Assembly (NCBI GenBank): GCA_030835345.1
Contig: JAURPH010000012.1
Coordinates: 623-64,622, forward strand
Reading direction: 5' to 3'
DNA length: 64,000 bases
Source of the DNA: Thermodesulfobacteriota bacterium
GTDB lineage: Bacteria; Desulfobacterota_D; UBA1144
The position numbers and the translations under genes are program-made. Positions 20,990-31,194 of this stretch are shown here, piece after piece. A model generated the notes under the pieces. It saw nothing but the letters and a program-made list of their open reading frames with translations. It made no database searches and was not told where the DNA came from. Numbering within the stretch: position 1 is the stretch's first letter; each line of letters starts with the position of its first letter.

Positions 20990-21340
20990 ATGTCTACACT
21001 AATTATTATAAATGACCAGCCTTCCTCAGGAAAAACATGGAATGCATTAAGACTATCTGCTGCTCTTGTTGGTAAAGATGAAGAGGTCGAGGTATTTCTT
21101 ATGAATGATGGTGTGTTCAATGTTATGAAGAATCAGAATGCTCCTAGCGAAATAGAGGGGCAAATGACTAGCAACAAAATAAAAGAATTAATTAATCTTG
21201 GCGTAAATTTTTTTTATTGTTCACAATGCTTAGATACTAGAGGTATTGAAGCGAGTCAGATTACCGACAATATTGAGAAATCCAATCTTCCTAAATTGGC
21301 TGAATTTATCAAAAATTCGGAAAAAGTAATAACTTTTTAA
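20990..21340 (+). CDS. DsrE/DsrF-like sulfur-relay family protein
   Basis: 116 aa. N-terminus LIIINDQPSSGKTWNALRLSAAL and YCSQCLDTRG resemble the DsrE/TusD fold family. Confidence 0.55.
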   Translation: MSTLIIINDQPSSGKTWNALRLSAALVGKDEEVEVFLMNDGVFNVMKNQNAPSEIEGQMTSNKIKELINLGVNFFYCSQCLDTRGIEASQITDNIEKSNLPKLAEFIKNSEKVITF

Positions 21341-22185
21341 AAGCTTATTTCTTCTAATCTTTTAACTCGCTCTTCCATTGGGGGATGCGAGCTGAAAAGC
21401 TTACCTAAACCACCAACAAAAGGACTTATAATGTACATATGGCTAGTGGCTGGACTTGGATCAGACTTAAGCTTTGTAGTTGAATAGTATGAACTAATTT
21501 TTTTGAGAGCTGATGCTAAATGTTCTGGTTTCTTTGTAATTTGTGCAGCTGTGTAATCAGCTTTAAACTCACGAGTTCTGGATATAGCCATTTGAATTAT
21601 TAAAGCGATAATTGGAGCTAATATAGCAACCAATAAGTGTCCAATTGCACCTCCTGAATCTCTGTTGCCTCTGAAAGCACCAAAAATTAATCCCCATTTT
21701 AGCATACTAGCTATCATGCTAATTGCTCCGGCAAATGTTGCTGCTATTGATGCAATTAAAATATCTTTATTTTCAATGTGAGCAATTTCATGAGCAAGTA
21801 CTCCATCCACTTCATCATCCGTAAGTTTTTCAACTAATTTAGTTGAGACTGCTACTACTGAGTTTTCATAATTCCTTCCAGTAGCAAAGGCATTAGGTTC
21901 ATCTGAATCATAGATATAAAGTTTAGGACCTGTTATTTCAGCCATTTTCAATAATTCTTCAAAAGATCTATGAAGTGCACTTTTTTCTTCAACAGGACTT
22001 GCTGAGTGAAGCTTAAGAACTATTTTATCTGAGTACCAGTAAGAGGCTATATTCATAACTGCTGCAAATATAAAAGCTATTAACATTCCAGATTGACCGC
22101 CTACAATCTGCCCTATGAAAATAAAGAAGCTTGTCATGACTGCTAATAAAAAAGTTGTCTTTATAGTGTTCAAATCATACTCCAC
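21337..22185 (-). CDS. htpX: Membrane zinc metalloprotease HtpX (M48)
   Basis: HEIAHI zinc motif, NAFATG, four TM segments. Confidence 0.88.
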   Translation of the reverse strand: MEYDLNTIKTTFLLAVMTSFFIFIGQIVGGQSGMLIAFIFAAVMNIASYWYSDKIVLKLHSASPVEEKSALHRSFEELLKMAEITGPKLYIYDSDEPNAFATGRNYENSVVAVSTKLVEKLTDDEVDGVLAHEIAHIENKDILIASIAATFAGAISMIASMLKWGLIFGAFRGNRDSGGAIGHLLVAILAPIIALIIQMAISRTREFKADYTAAQITKKPEHLASALKKISSYYSTTKLKSDPSPATSHMYIISPFVGGLGKLFSSHPPMEERVKRLEEISF

Positions 22186-22660
22186 ATGATGCTAAATTGT
22201 TCTTTTGAATATATTTTTGATGATACTCTTCAGCTTCATAGTACTCAGCTGCATCTTCTAACTGTGTAACTATCAAGGAATTGAACTTTTCTTTATTTAA
22301 TTCATCAATTACTAGTTTAGCTTCTTGTTTTTGTTCACAATTATGAAAAAATATAGAAGATCTATATTGAGTTCCTACATCTGGGCCTTGCCTATTTAAT
22401 GTCGTAGGATCATGGATAGCGAAAAAAGCTAAACAAAGCTCTTTAAAAGAAATAATACTTGGATCAAATTTTAAGTTAACAACCTCTGCATGACCAGTAA
22501 TTCCTGTACAAACATCAAAGTAAGTTGGATTTTTGAACCTTCCGCCCATATAACCAACTGATGTTTCCTTAACACCATTTATTTTCATAAAACTATCTTC
22601 CACACCCCAAAAGCAACCTGCTGCAAATGTGGCTGTTGAAAAATTCTCACTCATATTCAA
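22175..22660 (-). CDS. msrA: Peptide-methionine (S)-S-oxide reductase
   Basis: GCFWGVE active-site motif. 161 aa. Confidence 0.92.
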   Translation of the reverse strand: MNMSENFSTATFAAGCFWGVEDSFMKINGVKETSVGYMGGRFKNPTYFDVCTGITGHAEVVNLKFDPSIISFKELCLAFFAIHDPTTLNRQGPDVGTQYRSSIFFHNCEQKQEAKLVIDELNKEKFNSLIVTQLEDAAEYYEAEEYHQKYIQKNNLASCGV

Positions 22661-22670
22661 ATTATAACTA

Positions 22671-24836
22671 CTAAATTGCTTTTGTTAACTTTAATCTAGA
22701 TCCCCAGAGATATTTTATTATTCTATTAATCTTATCTATATTTTCATGATTTTTATAGAATTCATAAAAATCATAGTTGTCAGAACATTTCTTAGCATTT
22801 TTCAAAATTTCAATATCTCTTTTCAAATTAGCAAAATTTAATTCCCATATATTTCCAGATTGTTGAGTGCCAACTCCATAAAAAGCACCTGGTCCTCTCA
22901 TCTGTAAGTCTCTTTCTGCAAGTAAAAATCCATCTTTTATCTCTGCGAATGTTCTTATTCTATCTAATGAATTTTCTGATAAATCATCTACTAACATAAT
23001 ACAATAAGAGTCGTAAACACCTCTGCCTATCCTGCCTCTTAGTTGGTGCAGTTGTGCTAAACCAAATCTTTCGGGATTATTAATTATCATTAAATTTGCA
23101 TTAGGAATATCTACTCCTACTTCTATAACTGTAGTAGAAATTAAGATATCAACTTCTTTATCTCTAAACTGTTCCATAACTTTTTCTTTTTCAAGCGAAC
23201 TCATTTTTCCATGTAAAATTGCACTATTAAACTTTCCTAATGAACTCTTAACGATATAGTCATATTGTGATTTTATATCAATTAATTTTTCAAACTCTTC
23301 AACATCAGACTTATCAATTATCGGGCATAAAACAAAAGCTTGTCTACCTTGAACTAGTTGGTCAGAAATAAAATTATACAACTTATCCAAATTGGATTTT
23401 GAAACTATTTTAGTTTCTATATTTCCTCTCTTTTTAGGCAACTCAGATATTTTAGAAACATCAAAATCTGAAAAGAAAATAGATGATAAAGTTCTTGGAA
23501 TAGGAGTAGCAGTCATTATTAAAAGATCTGAATTTAAACCTTTATCAATCATATTCTTTCTTTGTTCAACACCAAAACGATGCTGCTCATCAACAACTAT
23601 CAATCCTAGCCTCTGATAATCAACATTTTCTTGAAACAATGAGTGTGTTCCCACAATAAATTTTGCGGTTCCGTTCTTAATCTTTTCATAAGTTTCTTTT
23701 TTTTCTTTTTGTTTAAGAGATGACTTAAGTATTACAATTTCATTATTTGGTACATATTTCTTTAAAAATAAAAAATGTTGATCTGAAAGGATTTCTGTAG
23801 GGGCTATTAAAGCAGTTTGATATCCATTATCATAACTCAGAGCCATTGAAAGCAGAGCTATGATGGTTTTTCCGCTCCCGACATCACCCTGCAGCAACCT
23901 ATTCATCTGCCTATCACTACCCATATCATTCAAGATTTCATTTAAAACATTTTTTTGGGAATCTGTAAGTTCAAAGGGGAATTTGGTAAAAATTGAGTCA
24001 AACAAAGAACTTTTATCCTTCTTTTGCTGATTTATTCCCAATTTCAAATTTTTTTCAGGTCTATTAAGCTTTATGCCTAGGCAAAGAATTAAGAACTCCA
24101 TAAAAATTAATGATTTATAACTTAATGAATTTTGAACAGACTCAGTAGAGGATAAATCTACAAGATTATCTCCTCTGTCTGGTAAATGAATATTCATCAA
24201 AGAAGATGAAACCTGTTTCAAACAAAACTCTTTCATTAAATCATTAGACAAAATATCTAACTGAGTTAAATCAACCCTATTCAATGCTTCTTTGATTAAT
24301 TGTTTTAATCTTTTGGAAGTAAGTCCCTTAGTAAGTGAATAAATAGGTGAGATTGAAGCATATTTATCAATATCAATATCGTCTTCAAAAATATTATAAT
24401 TTTCTGGTTTTGGATTTATAAATTGAAAAATTTTTTTATTTTTGGTGACAGTGGCCTTTCCAGAAATAACTACCCAAAAGTCAGTTTTAAAGTTTTGTTT
24501 TAAAAACCCATAAATTGGGTTAAACCAAATAATTTTAAAATTTCCTGTTCCATCATTTAACACTACTTCATATATTTTTCTTCTAGACTTCAAAAGACCC
24601 GAGCTAATAATTTTCCCTTTTATTGTAACTTCATCACCATCGGATAAATTCGACATGTCCCTAACATCTCTATAGTCTTTATATGATTTAGGAGAATAAA
24701 AAATTAAATCAATAATATGATTTATGCCTATATAGTTAAGTCTCTCTGATAATTTGGGTCCTACACCGTTCAAGGATTGAACAGAATCGGTTATGCTTAG
24801 CTTTATGTCAATCGTCACTTGGAATATATCCGACAT
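22671..24836 (-). CDS. recG: ATP-dependent DNA helicase RecG
   Basis: Walker A GDVGSGKT, DEQHRFG, QLRGRIGRG helicase motifs. N-terminal wedge-like region. Confidence 0.9.
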   Translation of the reverse strand: MSDIFQVTIDIKLSITDSVQSLNGVGPKLSERLNYIGINHIIDLIFYSPKSYKDYRDVRDMSNLSDGDEVTIKGKIISSGLLKSRRKIYEVVLNDGTGNFKIIWFNPIYGFLKQNFKTDFWVVISGKATVTKNKKIFQFINPKPENYNIFEDDIDIDKYASISPIYSLTKGLTSKRLKQLIKEALNRVDLTQLDILSNDLMKEFCLKQVSSSLMNIHLPDRGDNLVDLSSTESVQNSLSYKSLIFMEFLILCLGIKLNRPEKNLKLGINQQKKDKSSLFDSIFTKFPFELTDSQKNVLNEILNDMGSDRQMNRLLQGDVGSGKTIIALLSMALSYDNGYQTALIAPTEILSDQHFLFLKKYVPNNEIVILKSSLKQKEKKETYEKIKNGTAKFIVGTHSLFQENVDYQRLGLIVVDEQHRFGVEQRKNMIDKGLNSDLLIMTATPIPRTLSSIFFSDFDVSKISELPKKRGNIETKIVSKSNLDKLYNFISDQLVQGRQAFVLCPIIDKSDVEEFEKLIDIKSQYDYIVKSSLGKFNSAILHGKMSSLEKEKVMEQFRDKEVDILISTTVIEVGVDIPNANLMIINNPERFGLAQLHQLRGRIGRGVYDSYCIMLVDDLSENSLDRIRTFAEIKDGFLLAERDLQMRGPGAFYGVGTQQSGNIWELNFANLKRDIEILKNAKKCSDNYDFYEFYKNHENIDKINRIIKYLWGSRLKLTKAI

Positions 24837-26118
24837 TGGAATAATAAAATCCCAATTCCTTTAATTTAAACTTATTGTATAAATTTCTCCCATCAAAAAT
24901 AATTGGGCTCTTCATTTTTTTCTTTATCAAATCAAAATTTGGCTGCCTATAAATGCTCCATTCAGTGTTTATAACTAAAAAATCTACATCTATAAGTGCA
25001 TCATAATTATTATTAAAATAACGAACTTTTTTACCAAATCTTTTTTTAAAATTTTCCATTGCTACAGGATCATTTACATTAATATCAACTCCTTCATCAA
25101 TTAACTTCTCAACAATATCTACAGATGGTGCCTCTCTTATATCATCGGTATTAGGCTTGAAAGACAATCCCCATACTGCACAAGTTTTACCATTAAGAGT
25201 TCCGATAAAGTCTTTTATTTTATTGAAAAATTTAAATCTCTGATGAATATTCACCTTATCAACAGCACTACATAAATTCATTTCTAAATCATTTTTCTTG
25301 CCAACATCAATTATTGCTTTTACATCTTTTGGGAAACAAGAACCTCCATACCCCAGACCAGGATATAAAAATTCTTTACCTATTCTTTTATCTTGAGACA
25401 TTATCTTTCTCACATTTGATATATCAGCACCTACTTTTTCACATAAATTTGCCATCTCATTCATAAATGAAATTCTAGTAGCAAGCATGGAGTTAGAAGC
25501 ATATTTTGAGACTTCTGAAGATTTAATATCTACAAAGATAAGCCTATCTTCTTTCCTTAAAAAAGGTTCATATAGATCTCTTAAAATTAATTCTGCTTTT
25601 TTAGAATCTACTCCAACAACTATTCTGTCTGGAAACATGAAATCATTTACTGCAGACCCTTCTTTTAGAAATTCAGGATTTGATGCAACATCAAAAAGCT
25701 CATCAGTAAGTTCAGAGACAACTTCTTTAATTTTATTTGTAGTACCAACAGGCACAGTGCTTTTTGTTACAATAACTTTATAACCATTAATATTTTTAGC
25801 TAGTTCTTTTGAAGCACTTAATATGTAACTTAAATCAGCAGAACCATCCTCTTTTGGTGGGGTTGAAACTGCAAGAAAAATAATTTCTGATTTTTCAACT
25901 GCATCTTTATAATTTGTAGTAAAAGAAAGTCTTCCCTCTCTGTAATTTCTAGTAACTATTTCTTCTAAACCAGGCTCATAAATACCAACTTCGCCATTTT
26001 TAAGAGAATCTATTTTCTTTTCATCTATATCTAAACAAGTTACATCGTTTCCACTGTCAGCAAGACATGATCCTGTTACTAAGCCCACATAACCAGTTCC
26101 TATTATACATATATTCAT
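24808..26118 (-). CDS. ugd: UDP-glucose 6-dehydrogenase
   Basis: N-terminal Rossmann motif IIGTGYVGLVTG and catalytic GGSCFPKD. Confidence 0.9.
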   Translation of the reverse strand: MNICIIGTGYVGLVTGSCLADSGNDVTCLDIDEKKIDSLKNGEVGIYEPGLEEIVTRNYREGRLSFTTNYKDAVEKSEIIFLAVSTPPKEDGSADLSYILSASKELAKNINGYKVIVTKSTVPVGTTNKIKEVVSELTDELFDVASNPEFLKEGSAVNDFMFPDRIVVGVDSKKAELILRDLYEPFLRKEDRLIFVDIKSSEVSKYASNSMLATRISFMNEMANLCEKVGADISNVRKIMSQDKRIGKEFLYPGLGYGGSCFPKDVKAIIDVGKKNDLEMNLCSAVDKVNIHQRFKFFNKIKDFIGTLNGKTCAVWGLSFKPNTDDIREAPSVDIVEKLIDEGVDINVNDPVAMENFKKRFGKKVRYFNNNYDALIDVDFLVINTEWSIYRQPNFDLIKKKMKSPIIFDGRNLYNKFKLKELGFYYSNVGYIPSDD

Positions 26119-26121
26119 TTG

Positions 26122-26757
26122 TTATCTATTATGAACAGATGAAAAGAAATTACAAAATGTTTTATATTGACATAGATGGCACTTAGGTTTTTGATTCAAG
26201 CATATTTTTTTTCCAAAATAAGAAATTAAATTTGAACTACTTGAATGAATATTTTGACTAATCAGACTCTTATACCAATTCTCAATTTCAGAGTTTTTTG
26301 AATTTGATGAAATAAAATTTAGCCTTTCTAAAACTCTTTTAAAATGGGTATCAATTATAACTTCTTGAGTATGAAATTTGAGACTTAAATATTTTCTTGC
26401 AGATTTAACTCCTATGCCAGGAATCTTAATTAGCTCATAAGAAGTATTAGGAATTTTATTATTAAGACTATTGAATATATAAAATGCTGCTTTTTTGAGT
26501 CGCAAAGCCTTTTGCTTAAAAAAACCAATGGGCTTTATTTTTTCTTCTATGTCATCTAGTGAAGCTAAAGACAAGCTTTTATAATCTTTATACAAAGAAA
26601 CAATTAGATTCCCGGAGGTCTCTACTTTGTTCTCAAGTGCTCGGGCCGAAAGGATTAATTTAATGATTAGTTCGTAGTCAGATGAATAGTTGAAACCCTC
26701 AGTGTATGAATTTTTATATTCATCACTGAGAGATTCAACGAATTTTTTTAAAACCAA
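26122..26757 (-). CDS. nth: Endonuclease III-family DNA glycosylase
   Basis: HhH IPGIGVKSARKYL, IDTH aspartate, C-terminal C-x6-C-x2-C-x5-C cluster (CLNQKPKCHLCQYKTFC). Confidence 0.8.
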   Translation of the reverse strand: MVLKKFVESLSDEYKNSYTEGFNYSSDYELIIKLILSARALENKVETSGNLIVSLYKDYKSLSLASLDDIEEKIKPIGFFKQKALRLKKAAFYIFNSLNNKIPNTSYELIKIPGIGVKSARKYLSLKFHTQEVIIDTHFKRVLERLNFISSNSKNSEIENWYKSLISQNIHSSSSNLISYFGKKICLNQKPKCHLCQYKTFCNFFSSVHNR

Positions 26758-26760
26758 AAC

Positions 26761-27024
26761 CTAGCTTTTTCTTTCAGCTGGGCTTAAGCCATCAAAGTCA
26801 AAGTCTGTAGCCTTAGCTACGAAGGATGCCCATTTTTCAGGGATTTCATCCTCGTGATGTATAGCATCAACTGGACACGGGTCTACACAAGCACCGCAAT
26901 CAATACATTCATCAGGATTAATTAATAGTTGGTCGCCTCCGTCATAGATACAATCTACTGGGCATGCTTCAACACATGATTTGTCTTTCACATCCACACA
27001 AGGTTCTGCAATTACATATGGCAT
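26761..27024 (-). CDS. Ferredoxin (two Fe-S cluster motifs)
   Basis: CVDVKDKSCVEACP and CIDCGACVDPCP motifs. 87 aa. AGGAGG Shine-Dalgarno upstream. Confidence 0.9.
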   Translation of the reverse strand: MPYVIAEPCVDVKDKSCVEACPVDCIYDGGDQLLINPDECIDCGACVDPCPVDAIHHEDEIPEKWASFVAKATDFDFDGLSPAERKS

Positions 27025-27119
27025 AATTTACCCTCCTTTTTTAGGTCTTTAATGATTCTAACTAAAGGGTTTTTTTATACAACATCTAGACATTCTGCAT
27101 CTATGATATCATTATTGGC

Positions 27120-27428
27120 TTATTGGAGGTCAGAAACTTCTTCTTTTTCTTCTATTTTTTGGACACTTTCTTCTATTATAGTCTGCTTGTCATACTTCAA
27201 ATATATGTAACCCAACCCCAGACTTGTTACAAAAAAAATAACACCTAACCAAATAGTAAGTTTTTTTAAAAATGATGATGAGTCAGCTCCAAAAACTGAT
27301 TCTGAAGAGCCTCCAAACATTGAACCTAAATCATCTGTTTTTGATGGCTGAAAAAGTACAGATAGAACCAAGAGAATTGATACTCCTGCATGAAAAATTA
27401 TTAGTGTCTCTTTTATTGTTTCAATCAT
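27120..27428 (-). CDS. secG: Preprotein translocase subunit SecG
   Basis: ~100 aa, two TM helices with a Gly/Ser-rich loop (GSMFGGSSESVFGADSS). Conserved tpiA-secG adjacency. Confidence 0.8.
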   Translation of the reverse strand: MIETIKETLIIFHAGVSILLVLSVLFQPSKTDDLGSMFGGSSESVFGADSSSFLKKLTIWLGVIFFVTSLGLGYIYLKYDKQTIIEESVQKIEEKEEVSDLQ

Positions 27429-28197
27429 TTGAATACTCAGTCTTAATTACAATATCACAAAATTTTTCACAATCCAGACTAGCACTACCAACAAGTACAC
27501 CATCTACATTATTTAAATTAATTATTTCTCCAATGTTATTTGAGTCAACACTACCACCATATACTATTCTTGGTAATTGTTTTGACTTAGGATACATATT
27601 TTTTAACTCTTCACTAATAAAACCATGTGCCTCTTTGATATCTTTTAGTTCAGCGGCTTTACCTGAACCTATAACCCATATTGGCTCATATCCAATAACA
27701 ATATTTGATAGGTGTTTTTCGTCCACCTCTCTTAATGCCCTTTTTAATTGATCAAGAATTTTTGAAAAAGTTTTACCTTGTCTTCTTTCTTCATAGGTTT
27801 CACCAAGACAACAAATAACTTTCAAACCATTCTGTGTGGCTAACAAAACTTTCTTATTTATCATCTCATTAGTTTCTAGCAAGTGCTGTCTTCTTTCTGA
27901 ATGACCTATCATTACCCATGTACAGCCAATATCTTTTAACATATCAACAGAAACTTCACCTGTATATGGCCCATTGTGCTCATAGAAAGTGTTTTGTGCA
28001 GCAACACTGACTTCTGACAATGAAACTTTATTCAAAGTATCGGACAAGTAAACGAGCGGTGGAGCTATTACTATATCTACTTTATCTGAATTAAATTTAA
28101 GATTTAAAAGTTCTTCAAGAAATTTACTGATCCTTACTCGATCTAGATTCATTTTCCAATTTGCAAAAACTATTTTTTTTCTATTCATCAATATCAA
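27421..28197 (-). CDS. tpiA: Triosephosphate isomerase
   Basis: ANWKMN, IGHSERR, YEPIWVIGSG motifs. Confidence 0.93.
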   Translation of the reverse strand: MILMNRKKIVFANWKMNLDRVRISKFLEELLNLKFNSDKVDIVIAPPLVYLSDTLNKVSLSEVSVAAQNTFYEHNGPYTGEVSVDMLKDIGCTWVMIGHSERRQHLLETNEMINKKVLLATQNGLKVICCLGETYEERRQGKTFSKILDQLKRALREVDEKHLSNIVIGYEPIWVIGSGKAAELKDIKEAHGFISEELKNMYPKSKQLPRIVYGGSVDSNNIGEIINLNNVDGVLVGSASLDCEKFCDIVIKTEYSND

Positions 28198-28214
28198 TTA
28201 AACCATATAATCTT

Positions 28215-29360
28215 TTATTTGTATTTCAACATATATTCTTTCAATAACATCAAACCCTTTTGCAATTCTTCCATTGATCCAGCATAAGATATTCGAACAT
28301 ATTTTTTATAATTTTCACCAAAATCAATACCAGGGGCTACAGCTAGTCCAACTTTATCAAGTAAATCCTTACACAAGTCTAGAGAGCTTTCACAGTAATC
28401 TTGAAAATTACATAAAATATAAAATGCCGCATCTGGGGTATAATTTACTTTAATGCCCATTTCATTTAAAAATCTTAATGCAAAATCTCTTTTTTGCTCA
28501 TAACTTTTTAAAATATTTTTCTGAACTTTGTTTTTGATATTGTATGCACTAACTGCTGCATGCTGTGATATTGTAGGTGCACAAATGAACATGTTCTGTT
28601 GTAACTTTTGAACACTTCGAACTTTATCACTAGGAATAACTATATAGCCCAACCTCCATCCAGTCATCGCATAAAGTTTGGAGAATCCATTTACTATAAA
28701 AGAATTTTTTGATGCAAATTCAATAATAGAGTTAGTCTTCGAATTGAAAGAAAGACCATGATAAATTTCATCACTAATTATATTTAAGTTCAACCTTGAA
28801 ATAGACTTTAATACATCTTGGTTCTGTGAAACACTGGTAGGATTTGAAGGTGAATTTATAATTATTGATGTTGTGTTTTGAGAAATACTATCTTGTAATT
28901 TGTCAATATTTATTTGGAAATTATCTTTTTCATACGTTGTGAAAACTCTTGGAATCCTTCCAAGAATCTTTAGTATCTGTGGATAACATGGATAATGAGG
29001 CTCTACAACAATCACTTCATCATTAATTGATGTAGAAGCTAAAACTGCAAGAACAATCCCTGCAGAGCTACCTGTTGTTATCATTATTCTTTCTTTTGAA
29101 ACTAAAGTATTATGTACTTTTTCATAATATTGTGAAATTTTTTCTCTTAATGTTTCAATACCAAAGCTATTTGTATATCTATACAATTTGTTGTTTAATG
29201 CATTTTGTGCAGAATCAACTATTAAATTATCAACATTTTCTGTAGGCTCGCCTATTTCTAAATGAACTATGTCTCTTCCTAAACTTTGAAGTTTTAAAGC
29301 TTTTTCGAGTATTTCCATTACATAAAATGGCCTAATATCTTCTAAATTACTTGAATCCAT
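28215..29360 (-). CDS. PLP-dependent aminotransferase, class I/II
   Basis: PLP-lysine motif NGFSKLYAMTGWRLGY and SPSNPT. 381 aa. Confidence 0.85.
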   Translation of the reverse strand: MDSSNLEDIRPFYVMEILEKALKLQSLGRDIVHLEIGEPTENVDNLIVDSAQNALNNKLYRYTNSFGIETLREKISQYYEKVHNTLVSKERIMITTGSSAGIVLAVLASTSINDEVIVVEPHYPCYPQILKILGRIPRVFTTYEKDNFQINIDKLQDSISQNTTSIIINSPSNPTSVSQNQDVLKSISRLNLNIISDEIYHGLSFNSKTNSIIEFASKNSFIVNGFSKLYAMTGWRLGYIVIPSDKVRSVQKLQQNMFICAPTISQHAAVSAYNIKNKVQKNILKSYEQKRDFALRFLNEMGIKVNYTPDAAFYILCNFQDYCESSLDLCKDLLDKVGLAVAPGIDFGENYKKYVRISYAGSMEELQKGLMLLKEYMLKYK

Positions 29361-29456
29361 AACTACATTTTATTTAAATTTAAATAAAAAGATACTAAAA
29401 TGATTGTTTTGATTAAAGATTATGGGTAGTATAAGTACTTTAATTTGGAGTTTGTT

Positions 29457-29747
29457 ATGTCAAAAGTATGTTATTTAACAGGTAAAAGATATATGACTGG
29501 TAATTCTGTGAGTCATGCTAATAATAAAACAAAAAGAAAATTTAATGTGAATTTGAGACCTGTTACTTTAATTAGTGATACATTAAGTGAAAAAATTAAA
29601 GTATTAATTGCTGCCAGTACCATGAGAACAGTAAACAAATATGGAAGCTTAGATCGTTTTTTATTGGATTCAGATAATTCCAAACTATCATCTGAAGCAA
29701 TTAAATTAAAAAACAAAATTTCAAAAAAGCTCCGTCCTAATAAGTAA
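29457..29747 (+). CDS. rpmB: 50S ribosomal protein L28
   Basis: MSKVCYLTGKRYMTGNSVSHANNKTKRKFNVNLR is the L28 consensus. GGAG Shine-Dalgarno at 29447-29450 favours the ATG at 29457. Confidence 0.92.
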   Translation: MSKVCYLTGKRYMTGNSVSHANNKTKRKFNVNLRPVTLISDTLSEKIKVLIAASTMRTVNKYGSLDRFLLDSDNSKLSSEAIKLKNKISKKLRPNK

Positions 29748-29751
29748 AACT

Positions 29752-30255
29752 TTATTTTTTGAATTCTTTATTAATTTTTTTAAAGAAAATTTCTTTTCTA
29801 ATTTTTGCTAATCTATCTGGAAACAATATTCCATCAAGATGATCTAATTCATGCTGAAAAACTATTGATTGGATACCTTCAAAAACTTTTGAATTTGTAT
29901 TTCCATTTAAATCAACATATTCGACTGAAATATTATCAAATCTTGGAATATAATCGTAATATCCTGGAATACTAAGGCAACCTTCTTTTGAGCTAATTTC
30001 TCCTGATTCTTCCTTTATTTTAGGATTAATCATAGTTAAAAAATTCAACTCATCATCTTTAGAAAAATCTTGTGTTATGAATAATCTTTTAGTAACTCCT
30101 ACTTGAGGCCCAGCTAATCCAATACCTTTTTCTTTTATCATTATTTCTTTCATAGACTCAATAATTTGTATAATATTTGAGTCAATATTAATAACCTCAG
30201 AACATACGGTTCTAAGTACCTCATCAGGATAAATTTTTAATGAAATTTTATTCAT
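29752..30255 (-). CDS. def: Peptide deformylase
   Basis: GIGLAGPQVG, EGCLS, HELDH motifs. Confidence 0.93.
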   Translation of the reverse strand: MNKISLKIYPDEVLRTVCSEVINIDSNIIQIIESMKEIMIKEKGIGLAGPQVGVTKRLFITQDFSKDDELNFLTMINPKIKEESGEISSKEGCLSIPGYYDYIPRFDNISVEYVDLNGNTNSKVFEGIQSIVFQHELDHLDGILFPDRLAKIRKEIFFKKINKEFKK

Positions 30256-30256
30256 A

Positions 30257-30535
30257 CTAAAATTTGTTTAATTTTGAAATTAAATCTTTACTTGATCTAA
30301 ATAAAGGGAGGTTCTTTTCAGGTACCATAACACTTTCACCAGTTTTTGGATTTCTGCCTTTATAAGCTTTGTAGTTCTTTTTAAAAAAACTTCCAAACCC
30401 CCTAATTTCTACTCTATCATCTTCATTAATGGCAGTTGATATTGACTCAACAATTGAAAAAACAATTTTTTGTGATAATTCTTGATCAATTTTAAATACT
30501 GCGGTCAACTTATCTTCTAACTGAGATTTAAGCAT
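30257..30535 (-). CDS. HU/IHF-family DNA-binding protein (IHF-beta-like)
   Basis: RGFGSF...GRNPKTGESV arm motif. 92 aa. Confidence 0.85.
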   Translation of the reverse strand: MLKSQLEDKLTAVFKIDQELSQKIVFSIVESISTAINEDDRVEIRGFGSFFKKNYKAYKGRNPKTGESVMVPEKNLPLFRSSKDLISKLNKF

Positions 30536-30597
30536 CTTATTATTTTGAATTTTTATTGATTTATGTCAAGAATTAAATTCTGCATTTCTATTAAGTT

Positions 30598-30669
30598 TGC
30601 CCTCGCCGGGAATCGAACCCAGAACTAGGGATTAGGAATCCCTTGTTATATCCGTTTAACTACGAGGAC
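30598..30669 (-). tRNA. tRNA-Arg (anticodon CCU)
   Basis: 72-nt cloverleaf folded by hand. Acceptor GTCCTCG/CGAGGGC, anticodon arm AGGGA-TTCCTAA-TCCCT, T-loop TTCGATT. CCA not encoded. Confidence 0.88.
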
Positions 30670-30725
30670 TTGATTTGAATAAGTATTTTACTGATTAAGA
30701 AATATAGTTTAAATTATTTCAAGTA

Positions 30726-31016
30726 ATGTTTAAATCCAAACCTTTCTTCATAACCATAACAAACAAGTATACAAAACAATTTACAAAAGAACTCTTAATT
30801 GATTCTGAATCAGTAGACAATGCTATACAAAAAACTATCGCAATTGGAGGGATAGACCCTTTAAACTTTGATATAAAAGTAGAGGAAGCTTCAACCTCCC
30901 AAGCACAGGGATGGCTAGAAGAGAAATTTCCTAATGGAGATTTTAAACATTTAGTCATTGATGAGGAGAATGGTGTCTACGAGTTAATATACAACCCTAT
31001 GGGGAATATTTATTAA
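30726..31016 (+). CDS. Hypothetical protein (96 aa)
   Basis: An ORF with no recognisable motif. It exactly fills the gap between tRNA-Arg and rpmJ. Confidence 0.45.
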   Translation: MFKSKPFFITITNKYTKQFTKELLIDSESVDNAIQKTIAIGGIDPLNFDIKVEEASTSQAQGWLEEKFPNGDFKHLVIDEENGVYELIYNPMGNIY

Positions 31017-31166
31017 TTAGAGTTTATTTCTTTTCTTCTTATAGCCTTGTCGAACTTTAAATCTTGGATCAGACTTACAAATTACATAAATCCTACCTCT
31101 TCTTTTGACAACCTGGCAATCTGGGTGTCTTTTTTTCATTGATCCAATTGAACTTACAACTTTCAT
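31017..31166 (-). CDS. rpmJ: 50S ribosomal protein L36 (long, non-zinc type)
   Basis: Hand translation gives [49 protein letters not shown]. It matches the YkgO-type L36 pattern. It is below the ORF-track size cutoff. Confidence 0.85.
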   Translation of the reverse strand: MKVVSSIGSMKKRHPDCQVVKRRGRIYVICKSDPRFKVRQGYKKKRNKL

Positions 31167-31194
31167 AGTGGAATATTTAAACTTATTAAGTATT

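Noticed and set aside
27025-27119. Possible hairpin or terminator between secG and the ferredoxin gene (CTTTA...TAAAG followed by GGGTTTTTTT).
   Set aside because: The T-run is on the + strand, whereas both flanking genes are on the minus strand. The stem is only 5 bp. The region is better explained as the ferredoxin promoter and Shine-Dalgarno region.
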